A DNA stretch of 37,901 nucleotides from Pseudomonadota bacterium (GTDB lineage Bacteria > Pseudomonadota > Alphaproteobacteria > Caulobacterales > Hyphomonadaceae), in NCBI GenBank assembly GCA_039188075.1, contig JBCCZH010000001.1:1-37901 (forward strand), given 5' to 3'. Under the pieces are notes generated by a model. The model ran no database searches. It worked only from the letters and a program-made list of their open reading frames with translations, and was not told the origin of the DNA. Both the position numbers and the translations under genes were made by a program. Positions within the stretch are counted from its first letter, which is position 1, and each line of letters starts with the position of its first letter. Of this stretch, positions 16,697 through 25,639 are shown piece after piece.

Positions 16697-17985
16697 TGGG
16701 CGTTATCGATACGTTCCTCGCAACCTTTATTGCCTATATCGATAGCGGTTTTGGGCTGCTGGCGGGCGATGTCGCCTATTTAACGACGACGCTGATCGCC
16801 ATCGATATAACCCTGGCCGGTCTCTTTTGGGCGCTCAGCCACAATACGGACGTGATCGCTGGGCTATTGAAGAAGGTCCTCTATGTCGGCTTCTTCGCCT
16901 TCATCATCGGCAACTTCGCGCTGCTGGCAAACATTGTCTTCGACAGTTTTGCGGAGCTTGGCGTAACGGCTGGTGGCGGCGCGATGACGGCCGCGGATTT
17001 GCTGCGTCCAGGTTTTATCGCAAACGTTGGCTTTGATGCGGCTGCCCCGCTCCTGTCAGAGATCAGCGACATGCTGGGTCCGATCTCCTTTTTTCATAAC
17101 TTCATCATGATCGCGATCATGTTCGTTGCCTGGGCGGTGATCATCATAGCGTTCTTCGTGCTCGCCATTCAGCTCTTCATCACCATCCTCGAGTTTAAGC
17201 TGACGACGTTGGCGGGCTTTATTCTCGTACCTTTCGCGCTCTGGAATAAGACAACGTTTCTTGCCGAGCGTGTGCTCGGAAATGTCATCACGTCAGGGGT
17301 CAAATTGATGGTACTGGCCGTCATTATCGGGATTGGCTCAACCTTGTTCGCCTCGGTTACAGCCGCTTTCAGAACCGGCGCTGATGTCACGCTAGCACAA
17401 GTCATGGGCACCGTACTGGCCGCACTTGTATTCCTTTGGATGGGGATCTTCTCACCAGGTATTGCAAGCGGTCTTATCACTGGCGCGCCTGAGCTTGGCG
17501 CAGGATCTGCCGCGGGTACGGTCGCAGGCGCCGCTGCTGGCGCTTATGTGGGCGGCATGGGTGCCCGTGCAGCGGCAGGCGGCGTTTCGTCGGCCGTTCG
17601 AGCCGGCGCCTCCATGGCCGGCGCCGCGAAGACATCATATGCCATGGGCGCTGTTGCGTCCGGCAAAACGGGATTTGCAGGTACGGCGGCAGGATTAGCA
17701 GGAGTGGCGCGCGCAGGCGGCGACGCCGCGCGACGTCTTGCCGGCCGTCCCTTCTCCGGCATTCGAAGCGCTTATCAAAGCGGATCGCAAAAAGCTTGGG
17801 AAACGACAGGTGGGTCGGGGGTTTCCGGGGCGTCTTCAACTTCAAACGCGCCCACGGCATGGGCCCGAAGACTTCAAACTGAGCAACGCGTCGGTCAGGC
17901 GGGCAGCATGGCGGTCCACTCTATACGAGACGGCGATCGCGGATCCAGCGGCGCTGCCCCTCAGCTCAATACGAAGGACGAGTAG
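16696..17985 (+). CDS. trbL: TrbL (VirB6-like)
   Basis: YIDSGFGLL, EFKLTTLAGFILVPF, Gly/Ala-rich tail. Confidence 0.95.
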   Translation: MGVIDTFLATFIAYIDSGFGLLAGDVAYLTTTLIAIDITLAGLFWALSHNTDVIAGLLKKVLYVGFFAFIIGNFALLANIVFDSFAELGVTAGGGAMTAADLLRPGFIANVGFDAAAPLLSEISDMLGPISFFHNFIMIAIMFVAWAVIIIAFFVLAIQLFITILEFKLTTLAGFILVPFALWNKTTFLAERVLGNVITSGVKLMVLAVIIGIGSTLFASVTAAFRTGADVTLAQVMGTVLAALVFLWMGIFSPGIASGLITGAPELGAGSAAGTVAGAAAGAYVGGMGARAAAGGVSSAVRAGASMAGAAKTSYAMGAVASGKTGFAGTAAGLAGVARAGGDAARRLAGRPFSGIRSAYQSGSQKAWETTGGSGVSGASSTSNAPTAWARRLQTEQRVGQAGSMAVHSIRDGDRGSSGAAPQLNTKDE

Positions 17986-18684
17986 ATGTTTAAACGATCA
18001 ACGACTGATTACGGGGCGAGTCCCTACCCAGAAACGCCATACCAGAAAGCGGGCCAGGTCTGGGATGACCGCATTGGCTCGGCGCGCGTCCAGGCCAAGA
18101 ATTGGCGATTGATCGCCATTGGCTGTCTCGGTCTTTGCTTTGCCACGTCCGGCGCATTGGTTTGGCGGAGCCTCCAATCATCCGTGACGCCCTATATTGT
18201 TGAAGTTGATGAGACTGGCGCGGCTTTAGCCATTGGACCGGCCGTGGGGACTTATACGCCGTCGGATGCTCAAATTGCGCATCATCTCGCAAACTTTATC
18301 GGCTATGTGCGAAGCGTCAGTTCAGACGCGGTGGTTGTCCGCGAAAACTGGCTACGCGCTTACGAGTTCGTGACCGATCGGGCTGCAACGACGCTCAATG
18401 AATATGCGAGCTCCAATGATCCGTTTGCCGATATTGGACGGCGGTCCCGGACGGTCGATGTGGTGAGTGTTGTGCGCGTGTCGGATGGCAGCTTCCAGGC
18501 TCGCTGGATTGAAAAGACTTTTGAAAACGGGGCTCTCACCGGCGCCTCAAGATATACGGGCCTTTTCTCGATCATTTCTCAAACCCCGACCGACGCGGAA
18601 ACGCTGCGCGCCAATCCGCTCGGTCTTTATGTCCACGAGCTCCATTGGGGCGAGGACCTCGTCACAGGAGATACTGAACAATGA
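17986..18684 (+). CDS. trbF: TrbF (VirB8-like)
   Basis: TPYQKAGQVWDDRIGSARVQAKNWR, NPLGLYV. Confidence 0.95.
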   Translation: MFKRSTTDYGASPYPETPYQKAGQVWDDRIGSARVQAKNWRLIAIGCLGLCFATSGALVWRSLQSSVTPYIVEVDETGAALAIGPAVGTYTPSDAQIAHHLANFIGYVRSVSSDAVVVRENWLRAYEFVTDRAATTLNEYASSNDPFADIGRRSRTVDVVSVVRVSDGSFQARWIEKTFENGALTGASRYTGLFSIISQTPTDAETLRANPLGLYVHELHWGEDLVTGDTEQ

Positions 18685-19676
18685 TCCGTCTTATCTTTTC
18701 CGCCTCCGCACTGGCATTGCTATCTGCGTGCGCGACCACAACAGAGCTCGAACTGCTTGAACCAGCAGACTTTGTCGCAGCAACCCCAATTGTCGAAGAT
18801 GAGATCGCCCGACCGGTCGAGATTGTAGAGACGAGCGTTCCTCTTCCCTTGCCCGGTCAGTTGAAGAAAATCACGAGCAATAGCGACGCCCCTAAAGTCT
18901 CTCCGCGCCAAGCCATATCTGAAGGCCGCAGAAGCGCACTTATTGAACCGTCCGTAGACGGGTATGTGAACGCGATACAGGTCTATCCTTACACAGAAGG
19001 TGCGCTCTACCGGCTTTACGCGAGCCCCGGCCAAGTCTCTGACATTGCACTTCAGTCAGGTGAAACTCTGGTCTCTGTCTCTGCGGGTGACACGGTGAGA
19101 TGGGTCGTAGGGGATACGGTTTCTGGCACAGGACCAAATGCCCGCGCGCACGTTCTCGTTAAACCGATCAATGCAGATATTCGCACCAATCTGATGATTG
19201 CGACGGATCGCCGAACCTACCATCTGGAATTGGAGTCGGTTCCGAGCGGTTACATGGCCGCGCTCTCCTGGCGCTATCCTGTCGATGAGCTTGCAGAACT
19301 CACCTCTCGAAACCGGCAAGCCATTTCCGCGCAAGCAAACGTGATTGATCGCGGCCTGTCGCTGGATGGTCTTAATTTTGATTACCGCCTCTCCGGTGAC
19401 AGACCGACATGGAAACCTGTTCGTGTCTTCGACGACGGACGTCAGGTCTACATCCAGATGCCGGACACTATCCAAACCACCGACCTACCGCCCCTCTTCG
19501 TTCTTGGAAGCGATGGCGACGCTGAACTCGTCAATTATCGGCTGCGCGGCCAATACTACATCGTCGACAGACTGTTCCAGGCCGCCGAACTTCGCCTCGG
19601 CACAAAACCCCAAACTGTTGTCCGAATTTCCAAAGGCGCGGCGCGCAGCGGCTTTGCTACGATGTTCGGGGGCTAG
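18681..19676 (+). CDS. trbG: TrbG (VirB9-like)
   Basis: Lipobox LLSAC, AGDTVRW, TDRRTYHLEL, LVNYR..YIVDRLF. Confidence 0.95.
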   Translation: MIRLIFSASALALLSACATTTELELLEPADFVAATPIVEDEIARPVEIVETSVPLPLPGQLKKITSNSDAPKVSPRQAISEGRRSALIEPSVDGYVNAIQVYPYTEGALYRLYASPGQVSDIALQSGETLVSVSAGDTVRWVVGDTVSGTGPNARAHVLVKPINADIRTNLMIATDRRTYHLELESVPSGYMAALSWRYPVDELAELTSRNRQAISAQANVIDRGLSLDGLNFDYRLSGDRPTWKPVRVFDDGRQVYIQMPDTIQTTDLPPLFVLGSDGDAELVNYRLRGQYYIVDRLFQAAELRLGTKPQTVVRISKGAARSGFATMFGG

Positions 19677-19679
19677 ACT

Positions 19680-20945
19680 ATGAGCGAGCCCATCCCTTTT
19701 GATGAACATGCTGAGCGGCTGAAAATCCGCTCCAGCCCAAAGCCGGCAACACGTATCAATCGCAAAGTATTGATGGTCTGCGCTGGGCTTGGCGTGCTCG
19801 GACTCTTCACCGCTATGAGTGTGGCATTGCAACCGCCGAAATCCATGGATCAAACAGAGCGTCGTGAGCTCTACAACACGACCAATACCAGAAAGCCCGA
19901 AGGCCTTGCTGCACTGCCGACAAGCTATTCTGACGTTCGCCCCGCCCCAACCATCCCAATCGGCCCGCCAATGTCCGGCGATCTTGGGTCGACGATCCTG
20001 GCCGCAGAACGGGAGCTTGGCCTGCAACCGGAATTGATCAGAAGCTATGAGAATGATTTTCGGCCAAACCCGGTAGAAGAAGCCGCGCGCGCTCGTCGCA
20101 TGCGCGAAGCGGCTTTGGCCGAAGAGGCTGCCAAAGCGCCAGTCTTCTTTCAATTGCAATCCACCGTGCGCCCCGGCGCAGCAAACGCGAGCACTCCGAA
20201 TGAAGGGGCTGAGGCTTTCGATCTTGGATCCGAACTTCTCGCGCTAGCGGGTCAGCCCAGCATCCCATCGGCATTCGGCGCGCCTTCCGACCCAAATTTG
20301 CAATCTCGCAAAACCGCCTTTGCAAGCGAGCCTGGCAATAGCGACATATACAATCCGAACCGCCTGCAAGATCCAGCCTCGCCTTATCAGGTCATGGCAG
20401 GCACGATGATCCCGGCAGGCCTCATCACGGGCATCAATTCTGATCTTCCTGGCACGATCATCGCGCAAGTGACCCAGCCCGTTTATGACACTGTCAGCGG
20501 CAATCACTTGCTGATCCCTCAAGGCTCGAAGCTTATCGGGCGCTATCAATCTGAAGTGTCGTTTGGTCAGAGCCGGGCGCTCGTGATTTGGGACAGGCTC
20601 ATCTTTACCGACGGCAGCTCTATCCAGATCAGCGAGCCTGGGGCGGATAGCCAAGGATATGCTGGCCTGTCTGATCGCACCGATCATCATTGGGACCGAG
20701 TCTTTGTCGCTGCAGGTCTCGCCACCATTCTCGGAATTGGAAGTGAGATTGGCAATGATGGTGATGATGACATTGAGCGCGCGATCCGGCGCGGCACGTC
20801 GGATACGATCAACGAGGCGGGCCAGAAAGTTGTCGACCGAAACCTTGGAATCCAACCGACCATTCGCGTACGGCCTGGCTGGCCGGTGCGCGTGATCGTT
20901 ACCCGCGACATCATCCTTCGACCACACACAAGGAGCCACCCATGA
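19680..20945 (+). CDS. trbI: TrbI (VirB10-like)
   Basis: LITGINSDLPG, LLIPQGSKLIG, IQPTIRVRPG. Confidence 0.95.
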   Translation: MSEPIPFDEHAERLKIRSSPKPATRINRKVLMVCAGLGVLGLFTAMSVALQPPKSMDQTERRELYNTTNTRKPEGLAALPTSYSDVRPAPTIPIGPPMSGDLGSTILAAERELGLQPELIRSYENDFRPNPVEEAARARRMREAALAEEAAKAPVFFQLQSTVRPGAANASTPNEGAEAFDLGSELLALAGQPSIPSAFGAPSDPNLQSRKTAFASEPGNSDIYNPNRLQDPASPYQVMAGTMIPAGLITGINSDLPGTIIAQVTQPVYDTVSGNHLLIPQGSKLIGRYQSEVSFGQSRALVIWDRLIFTDGSSIQISEPGADSQGYAGLSDRTDHHWDRVFVAAGLATILGIGSEIGNDGDDDIERAIRRGTSDTINEAGQKVVDRNLGIQPTIRVRPGWPVRVIVTRDIILRPHTRSHP

Positions 20946-21172
20946 CCCTTCGCCTTCCCAAACTTGCCGACCGCACGCCCGTTCGCATGAGCCTCACCAT
21001 GGATCCGGAGCTCGCTGCAGCCCTGAGGGACTATGCGGAGATTTACGGCCAAACTTACGGGAAACCTGAAAAACCCGAAACGCTGATTCCAGCCATGCTG
21101 GACAATTTCCTCGGCTCGGACGCCGGATTCAAACGCGCACGCCGTGCGCTTCACGCCTATAAAGGAGACTAA
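20942..21172 (+). CDS. DUF2274 family protein
   Basis: LRLPKLADRTPV..L.DYA.IY...YG...LIPAML..FL.SD.GF; usual position after trbI. Confidence 0.9.
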   Translation: MTLRLPKLADRTPVRMSLTMDPELAAALRDYAEIYGQTYGKPEKPETLIPAMLDNFLGSDAGFKRARRALHAYKGD

Positions 21173-21175
21173 CAC

Positions 21176-21484
21176 ATGGCACAGATTGGAACTTTTACCG
21201 CGAAGGACGGCAAATACACCGGCACCATTCGCACCATGACCATCAATGTACGATCACAAATCGTTCCGAACTCGAAAAAGGCGCATGCCGATGCACCAGA
21301 CTATCGTGTGTATGCGGGAGGCGCTGAACTTGGGGCAGCATGGCGCCAGGAAAGTAAGGATGGTGGACAATCCTACCTCTCCGTCAAACTGGATGATCCG
21401 AGTTTTGCATCTCCTATTCGAGCTGCGTTTTTTGAAGATGCAGAGCGTGGCACAGGCGTCATGGTGTGGAACCGTAAAGCCTAG
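21176..21484 (+). CDS. DUF736 family protein (copy 2)
   Basis: MAQIGTFT..APDYRV..ELGAAW..YLSVKLDDPSF..VWNR. Confidence 0.92.
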   Translation: MAQIGTFTAKDGKYTGTIRTMTINVRSQIVPNSKKAHADAPDYRVYAGGAELGAAWRQESKDGGQSYLSVKLDDPSFASPIRAAFFEDAERGTGVMVWNRKA

Positions 21485-21506
21485 ATTGCTTCAACTTCCC
21501 TTCACA

Positions 21507-21692
21507 ATGTCTGTCCCAAAGAAAGATCTGATAAAAGCTCGTCGGGTCGCTGCGCAAGTGGTCCGGCAACTGGGGGATCGATATTGGCCAATTTTTGAGT
21601 TGCTGGATCAAGAAATCGAAAAAGTGGATCAGCGTGATGCGCGCATCAAGTCTTGCTTGCATGATCCGCAGCGCGACCAACAGCACCGATAG
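21507..21692 (+). CDS. Small helical hypothetical protein (61 aa) convergent with the integrase
   Basis: MSVPKKDLIKARRVAAQVVRQLGDRYWPIFELLDQEI...; fills the gap between DUF736 and the integrase. Confidence 0.6.
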   Translation: MSVPKKDLIKARRVAAQVVRQLGDRYWPIFELLDQEIEKVDQRDARIKSCLHDPQRDQQHR

Positions 21693-21694
21693 CA

Positions 21695-21736
21695 ACGGAG
21701 CGTTCAAGAGTCTCCGTGAGAGGCAGGTAAGCCTCT
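21695..21736. terminator. Two adjacent small hairpins between convergent genes
   Basis: ACGGAG-N11-CTCCGT (21695-21717) and AGAGGC-N6-GCCTCT (21719-21736); no clear U-tract. Confidence 0.35.
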
Positions 21737-21742
21737 AACAGA

Positions 21743-23137
21743 TCAATCGGAGTCATCGAAGAGTTCAAATATTTCCGGTTTGAACGGATGCACAATCTTG
21801 TTCATCTCATCGCGACGATAGGAAAGCGATCCGCCATCTCCATAAGACGGACGAGAGTTCGCGTGCCCCATCAGCAAACAACGTAGTCCGTAGTCGATGT
21901 TCGCTTCTTGCATTCTCTTCTCAAATGAATGCCGGAACGAATAGATCACATGATCTGGCGACGGGAAAAACGAACGTGCTCTGAATGCTTTCATCATGTT
22001 CGCGGAGAAGAGTTCGTTCTTATCGTGATAGTGAGGGAACCCATTTGGTGCGCGTTGGGCAGCTTCCAACGCCACGCCCACGAGTGGTATATCTCGTATC
22101 GAAGACTCTGTCTTGATCTGCCGCTTCGTCGAAGGTTTGATCGAAATGAATGGCACTTCGTCTTCAAGATGAATATCTGACGGACGAAGATTAATCAGCT
22201 CACTTGGGCGACAGCCCGTTTCAATCAGCATGTACGTGATGAGTTGCAACTCTCGGCGTAATCCCAACAATCCGCCTGGTTTGAGAATTTTGGTTCTCAC
22301 CCACTCGTCTTCGAATGCGGGCACTTCTGCGCGGGATTTGGCCTTAAAGAACAGGTTTCTAAACGGATTGGGACGTTCCTCTTCGCCGATGTGTGTGAAA
22401 TACGCGCGATAGAGAACTCGAATGTTCCCAATGTGTCGGTTGATTGTGTTCGGACTAACCGGTTTCTCACCCTCGGCTGGCGACAGCATCCTGTCTCTCC
22501 ACCAGCGTTGATATTTGAGGGCATGCTCACGCGTAATATCAACAAGCGGAAGATCGCCTACGACGTCTATGAAGTAACTTGCTGAGAGCCGCTTCACTTT
22601 CTTCCATTGATAAGCTTGTCGTTCAGACTTCCCGAGTTGATCGTCTACAGCAATTTCATCGAAGTAAATCTCGAGCGCCTCGCTAACCGTCGTCTTGGGG
22701 CTCTCAACCCCTCCCAGTACGGCTTCGGCCTGTCGCTCATGGACTTCACCCTCTTCGCTTTGCTTGAGCGCCATTAGCCGTGCGACCACATCTTCAAGGT
22801 TGTCGGGTGTGGCGAGTTCCGAAACAGGTTTGTAGACGAACCCCAAAGCCAGTGCTCGAGCATTTGCCGCCGCGTATCGCTTGGCCATAGCTGCTTTTTG
22901 CATCGAGTTATCCGGGGACTCGACCGCTACGATGCTCATTGAAGCCCAATACTCATTATCTGCTTCTTCGAAACTGTCGCGCCGCATTCTAGCGACATCA
23001 ATGGATGAAGTCTTGAGTGAGAAACGAATGGTTCCCCTCGGATCGAACATTTCATATCGCTTCGGAACTCTTCGATAGTAATGAAAAGTCTTGCCGCGTC
23101 TTTTTAAAAAGCGATCAGGATTCAGCGCATCAGCCAT
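21743..23137 (-). CDS. Tyrosine integrase with DUF6538-like N-terminal domain
   Basis: N-terminal FHYYRRVP..IRFSLKT; catalytic TGCRPSE, IKT, YSFRH, LMGH, YG; adjacent to the tRNA. Confidence 0.93.
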   Translation of the reverse strand: MADALNPDRFLKRRGKTFHYYRRVPKRYEMFDPRGTIRFSLKTSSIDVARMRRDSFEEADNEYWASMSIVAVESPDNSMQKAAMAKRYAAANARALALGFVYKPVSELATPDNLEDVVARLMALKQSEEGEVHERQAEAVLGGVESPKTTVSEALEIYFDEIAVDDQLGKSERQAYQWKKVKRLSASYFIDVVGDLPLVDITREHALKYQRWWRDRMLSPAEGEKPVSPNTINRHIGNIRVLYRAYFTHIGEEERPNPFRNLFFKAKSRAEVPAFEDEWVRTKILKPGGLLGLRRELQLITYMLIETGCRPSELINLRPSDIHLEDEVPFISIKPSTKRQIKTESSIRDIPLVGVALEAAQRAPNGFPHYHDKNELFSANMMKAFRARSFFPSPDHVIYSFRHSFEKRMQEANIDYGLRCLLMGHANSRPSYGDGGSLSYRRDEMNKIVHPFKPEIFELFDDSD

Positions 23138-23143
23138 TCCGTC

Positions 23144-23176
23144 TTGTAGCACATTTTGTAGACAATTTGTAGCACA
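23144..23176. repeat. Three direct repeats, probable integrase arm-type sites
   Basis: TTGTAGCACA (23144), TTGTAGACAA (23156), TTGTAGCACA (23167). Confidence 0.75.
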
Positions 23177-23263
23177 AAATCCGCACCAAAAATTTTGAGC
23201 TCAACACACAGCCCCATAATGCACTGTTATTATATCGCTTTTTCGGTGAATTTTTGAAGGGAT

Positions 23264-23348
23264 TGGTGCGGCCGAGAGGACTCGAACCTCCACGGGTTGC
23301 CCCACAGCGACCTCAACGCTGCGCGTCTACCAGTTCCGCCACGGCCGC
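23264..23348 (-). tRNA. tRNA-Leu(GAG), 85 nt, CCA encoded; ICE attachment site
   Basis: GCGGCCG acceptor stem, anticodon arm CAGCG-TTGAGGT-CGCTG, long variable arm, GGTTCGAGTCC T-arm. Confidence 0.97.
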
Positions 23349-23423
23349 ACGCCGGGTAGAGCGCGCCATATACGCGGCGCGTTGCGGATTGTGAAGCGAA
23401 AAGTCTTCGCTATATGCAGTCAG

Positions 23424-24110
23424 ATGGCACAATACGCAGATGTCGAATGGGCGGTGAGCGCCGACCCGGTTCCGTATGAGGCGGCTCACGTCGCCATGGA
23501 GGCGCGCGCGCGTGCGATTCGCGAAGACGGTGCCCGGGAACTGGTGTGGTTATTGGAGCATCCGCCGCTCTATACGGCCGGCACCAGCGCCAAAACCGGC
23601 GACCTGCGTGACCCTGAGCGTTTCCCGGTTCACACAGTCGGACGCGGCGGCGAGTATACCTATCATGGCCCCGGCCAGCGGGTTGCCTATGTGATGCTGG
23701 ATGTTGCCGCGCGCGGGCGCGATGTCCGCGCCTTTGTCGCCAACCTGGAACGCTGGATCATCACCGCGCTGGACGTGTTCAATGTTGACGCGGATGTCCG
23801 TGAAGGCCGGGTCGGCGTCTGGGTCGATCGCACCCAGCCAGGCGGTCAGCTGCGCGAGGACAAGATCGCGGCGATCGGTATCCGCCTCAAACGCTGGGTC
23901 AGCTTTCACGGCATCAGCCTGAATGTCGAGCCAGACCTGGACCACTTTACCGGCATCACACCCTGCGGCATTGCCGATCCGCGTTATGGCGTGACCAGTC
24001 TCGTTGATCTCGGCCTACCGGTCGATATGGCTGAGGCTGACGAGGCGCTCAAACGCGCGTTCGAACAGGTGTTTGATGCCGGGACCGTCCCCGGGGCACC
24101 CCTCGCTTAA
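23424..24110 (+). CDS. lipB: Lipoyl(octanoyl) transferase
   Basis: [42 protein letters not shown]. Confidence 0.97.
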   Translation: MAQYADVEWAVSADPVPYEAAHVAMEARARAIREDGARELVWLLEHPPLYTAGTSAKTGDLRDPERFPVHTVGRGGEYTYHGPGQRVAYVMLDVAARGRDVRAFVANLERWIITALDVFNVDADVREGRVGVWVDRTQPGGQLREDKIAAIGIRLKRWVSFHGISLNVEPDLDHFTGITPCGIADPRYGVTSLVDLGLPVDMAEADEALKRAFEQVFDAGTVPGAPLA

Positions 24111-24943
24111 GCGAACGGCTCAGGCTCCGGCTTGCGTCCGAAGTCCGGGACGCGCGCGACCCATAGCAATGACCAGATCATGATCAGCGTGTTGAAGCCC
24201 ATAATCGTCATCGAGAACCCGCCAAGATTAGGTCGGACGATGAAGGACTCCTTCGATGGCAAAGGGTTTTCCGGACTGGGTCCCTGGTTCCAGTCGCCGC
24301 GTTGGCCGCCACCGCGTTGTCCGCGCTGCCCCTGCTGACCAGAGTTTTCACCACTTTCAGCTTCACCATTTGCTTCCGCATTGGCGCTCGCCTCTTCCGC
24401 TTCCAGACGCGCCTCTTCCTCTGCTTCCTGCGCCTTGCGTCGTTCGTCCAATCGGGCTTCGCGCCAGGCTGCGGGATCGGCGAGATATTCAGCTCGCTGC
24501 TCATACAGCTTGTCATACTCGGCCGCCTTGCCCGTCATTCCGAACACAAAGCTGGTTGCTGCGATCATAAGTGGCACCAGAACGATGATGGCCCGCAACG
24601 ATACTTTACCAGCATGGTTCAACCGTCGCGTGTGAATGACAAAAGACAGGACGGACGTCACCGCCATGACTATGGCAATCAGATAGGCATGTCCGGTCGC
24701 AATATCGGTCGTATCCGCCCCGGCGACTCCGATCATGAAAATGATGAAGCCGAAGCCGGCCCAGGTGATCAGTCCGGTGAAGAACAGGATCGTCCAGGCG
24801 CGTGTGAAATGCAGTTTGGGCGATTCACCCGTCGGATTGAAAAACGTATCCAACCAGCTCATCCGGGTTGGCAATTGCTCATCATCCGTGATCCACGGGC
24901 GATCCGGATCAAGCGCAGTCTGGGAGGCAAAGGCATCGCTCAT
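24107..24943 (-). CDS. DUF805-like membrane protein with charged/Gly-Gln-Arg-rich insert
   Basis: [18 protein letters not shown]; TM helices. Confidence 0.7.
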   Translation of the reverse strand: MSDAFASQTALDPDRPWITDDEQLPTRMSWLDTFFNPTGESPKLHFTRAWTILFFTGLITWAGFGFIIFMIGVAGADTTDIATGHAYLIAIVMAVTSVLSFVIHTRRLNHAGKVSLRAIIVLVPLMIAATSFVFGMTGKAAEYDKLYEQRAEYLADPAAWREARLDERRKAQEAEEEARLEAEEASANAEANGEAESGENSGQQGQRGQRGGGQRGDWNQGPSPENPLPSKESFIVRPNLGGFSMTIMGFNTLIMIWSLLWVARVPDFGRKPEPEPFA

Positions 24944-25053
24944 CGCGAAAACGTCCTTTCAAAATATTCTTATGTTCCGACGCTTATACACATGTCGAAA
25001 GATTTATCAATAATCGATAAAAATTTATCGACAGGCAGGAATTCTGCCGCCCC

Positions 25054-25587
25054 TTACTGAAAAGTTCCTGATGGGTCCGGACCGGGTACAGGGCCATGCT
25101 TGTTCTCGCGTGGCTCGGATCTGACCGCGCCGAGCGCGAGGGCCACCACAGCCCCCACGAGAATCGTTGTCACGACGACCAGCGGCACGGTGTCACGAAG
25201 GACGATCATCATCCCTTCCATGGCCGGCTCGACTTCGTTCCGTTCCAGGAGTTCCATGACTCTTTCATAGGTTTCCATGGTCTCAGGCGAAATCATGAAC
25301 GTCCCGAGTATCCCCGATACGATCTGATTGACAATCATCGCCGCGAGCCAGACCAGCAGCGACAGCCAGGCGGTCAGGCCAGCATCATGCAGGCGTTTCC
25401 CGACCACACAGATATAAGGATAAATCAGGACGAAGTGCAGAAAGACCAGCGGCACCGAAACCATGCGAAAGCCGGCCGCGACCAGCACGCTGGCGACAGT
25501 CAAGATGACCATGCCTTGCCAGAATCGATTTCGGCCAATGCGGCCGTTCGGATTGAAGAGTAACTCGCCCATGCTGCGTCCTGTCAT
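25054..25587 (-). CDS. DUF805 family membrane protein
   Basis: LFNPNGRIGRNRFW, KRLHDAG, NKHGPVP. Confidence 0.9.
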   Translation of the reverse strand: MTGRSMGELLFNPNGRIGRNRFWQGMVILTVASVLVAAGFRMVSVPLVFLHFVLIYPYICVVGKRLHDAGLTAWLSLLVWLAAMIVNQIVSGILGTFMISPETMETYERVMELLERNEVEPAMEGMMIVLRDTVPLVVVTTILVGAVVALALGAVRSEPRENKHGPVPGPDPSGTFQ

Positions 25588-25639
25588 GCCAGCTTATTGA
25601 ATCGGCCTCGTCATACAGGCAACGCGGAAACCTGTCGAA

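Larger units (their letters stand above)
1..23263. mobile_element. ICE, ICEMlSym/Tn4371-like backbone, integrated at tRNA-Leu 3' end; left boundary outside window
   Basis: Integrase abutting tRNA 3' end, trb T4SS operon, relaxase, TraF, RdfS- and FseA-like genes; housekeeping genes resume right of the tRNA; no duplicate of the tRNA 3' end noticed in the window. Confidence 0.92.

Noticed and set aside
17480-17980. GC-rich repetitive sequence in trbL
   Set aside because: Ordinary Gly/Ala-rich TrbL tail
21246-21506. 5' part of ORF 21246..21692
   Set aside because: Overlaps the DUF736 gene in another frame; only the part from ATG 21507 is plausible
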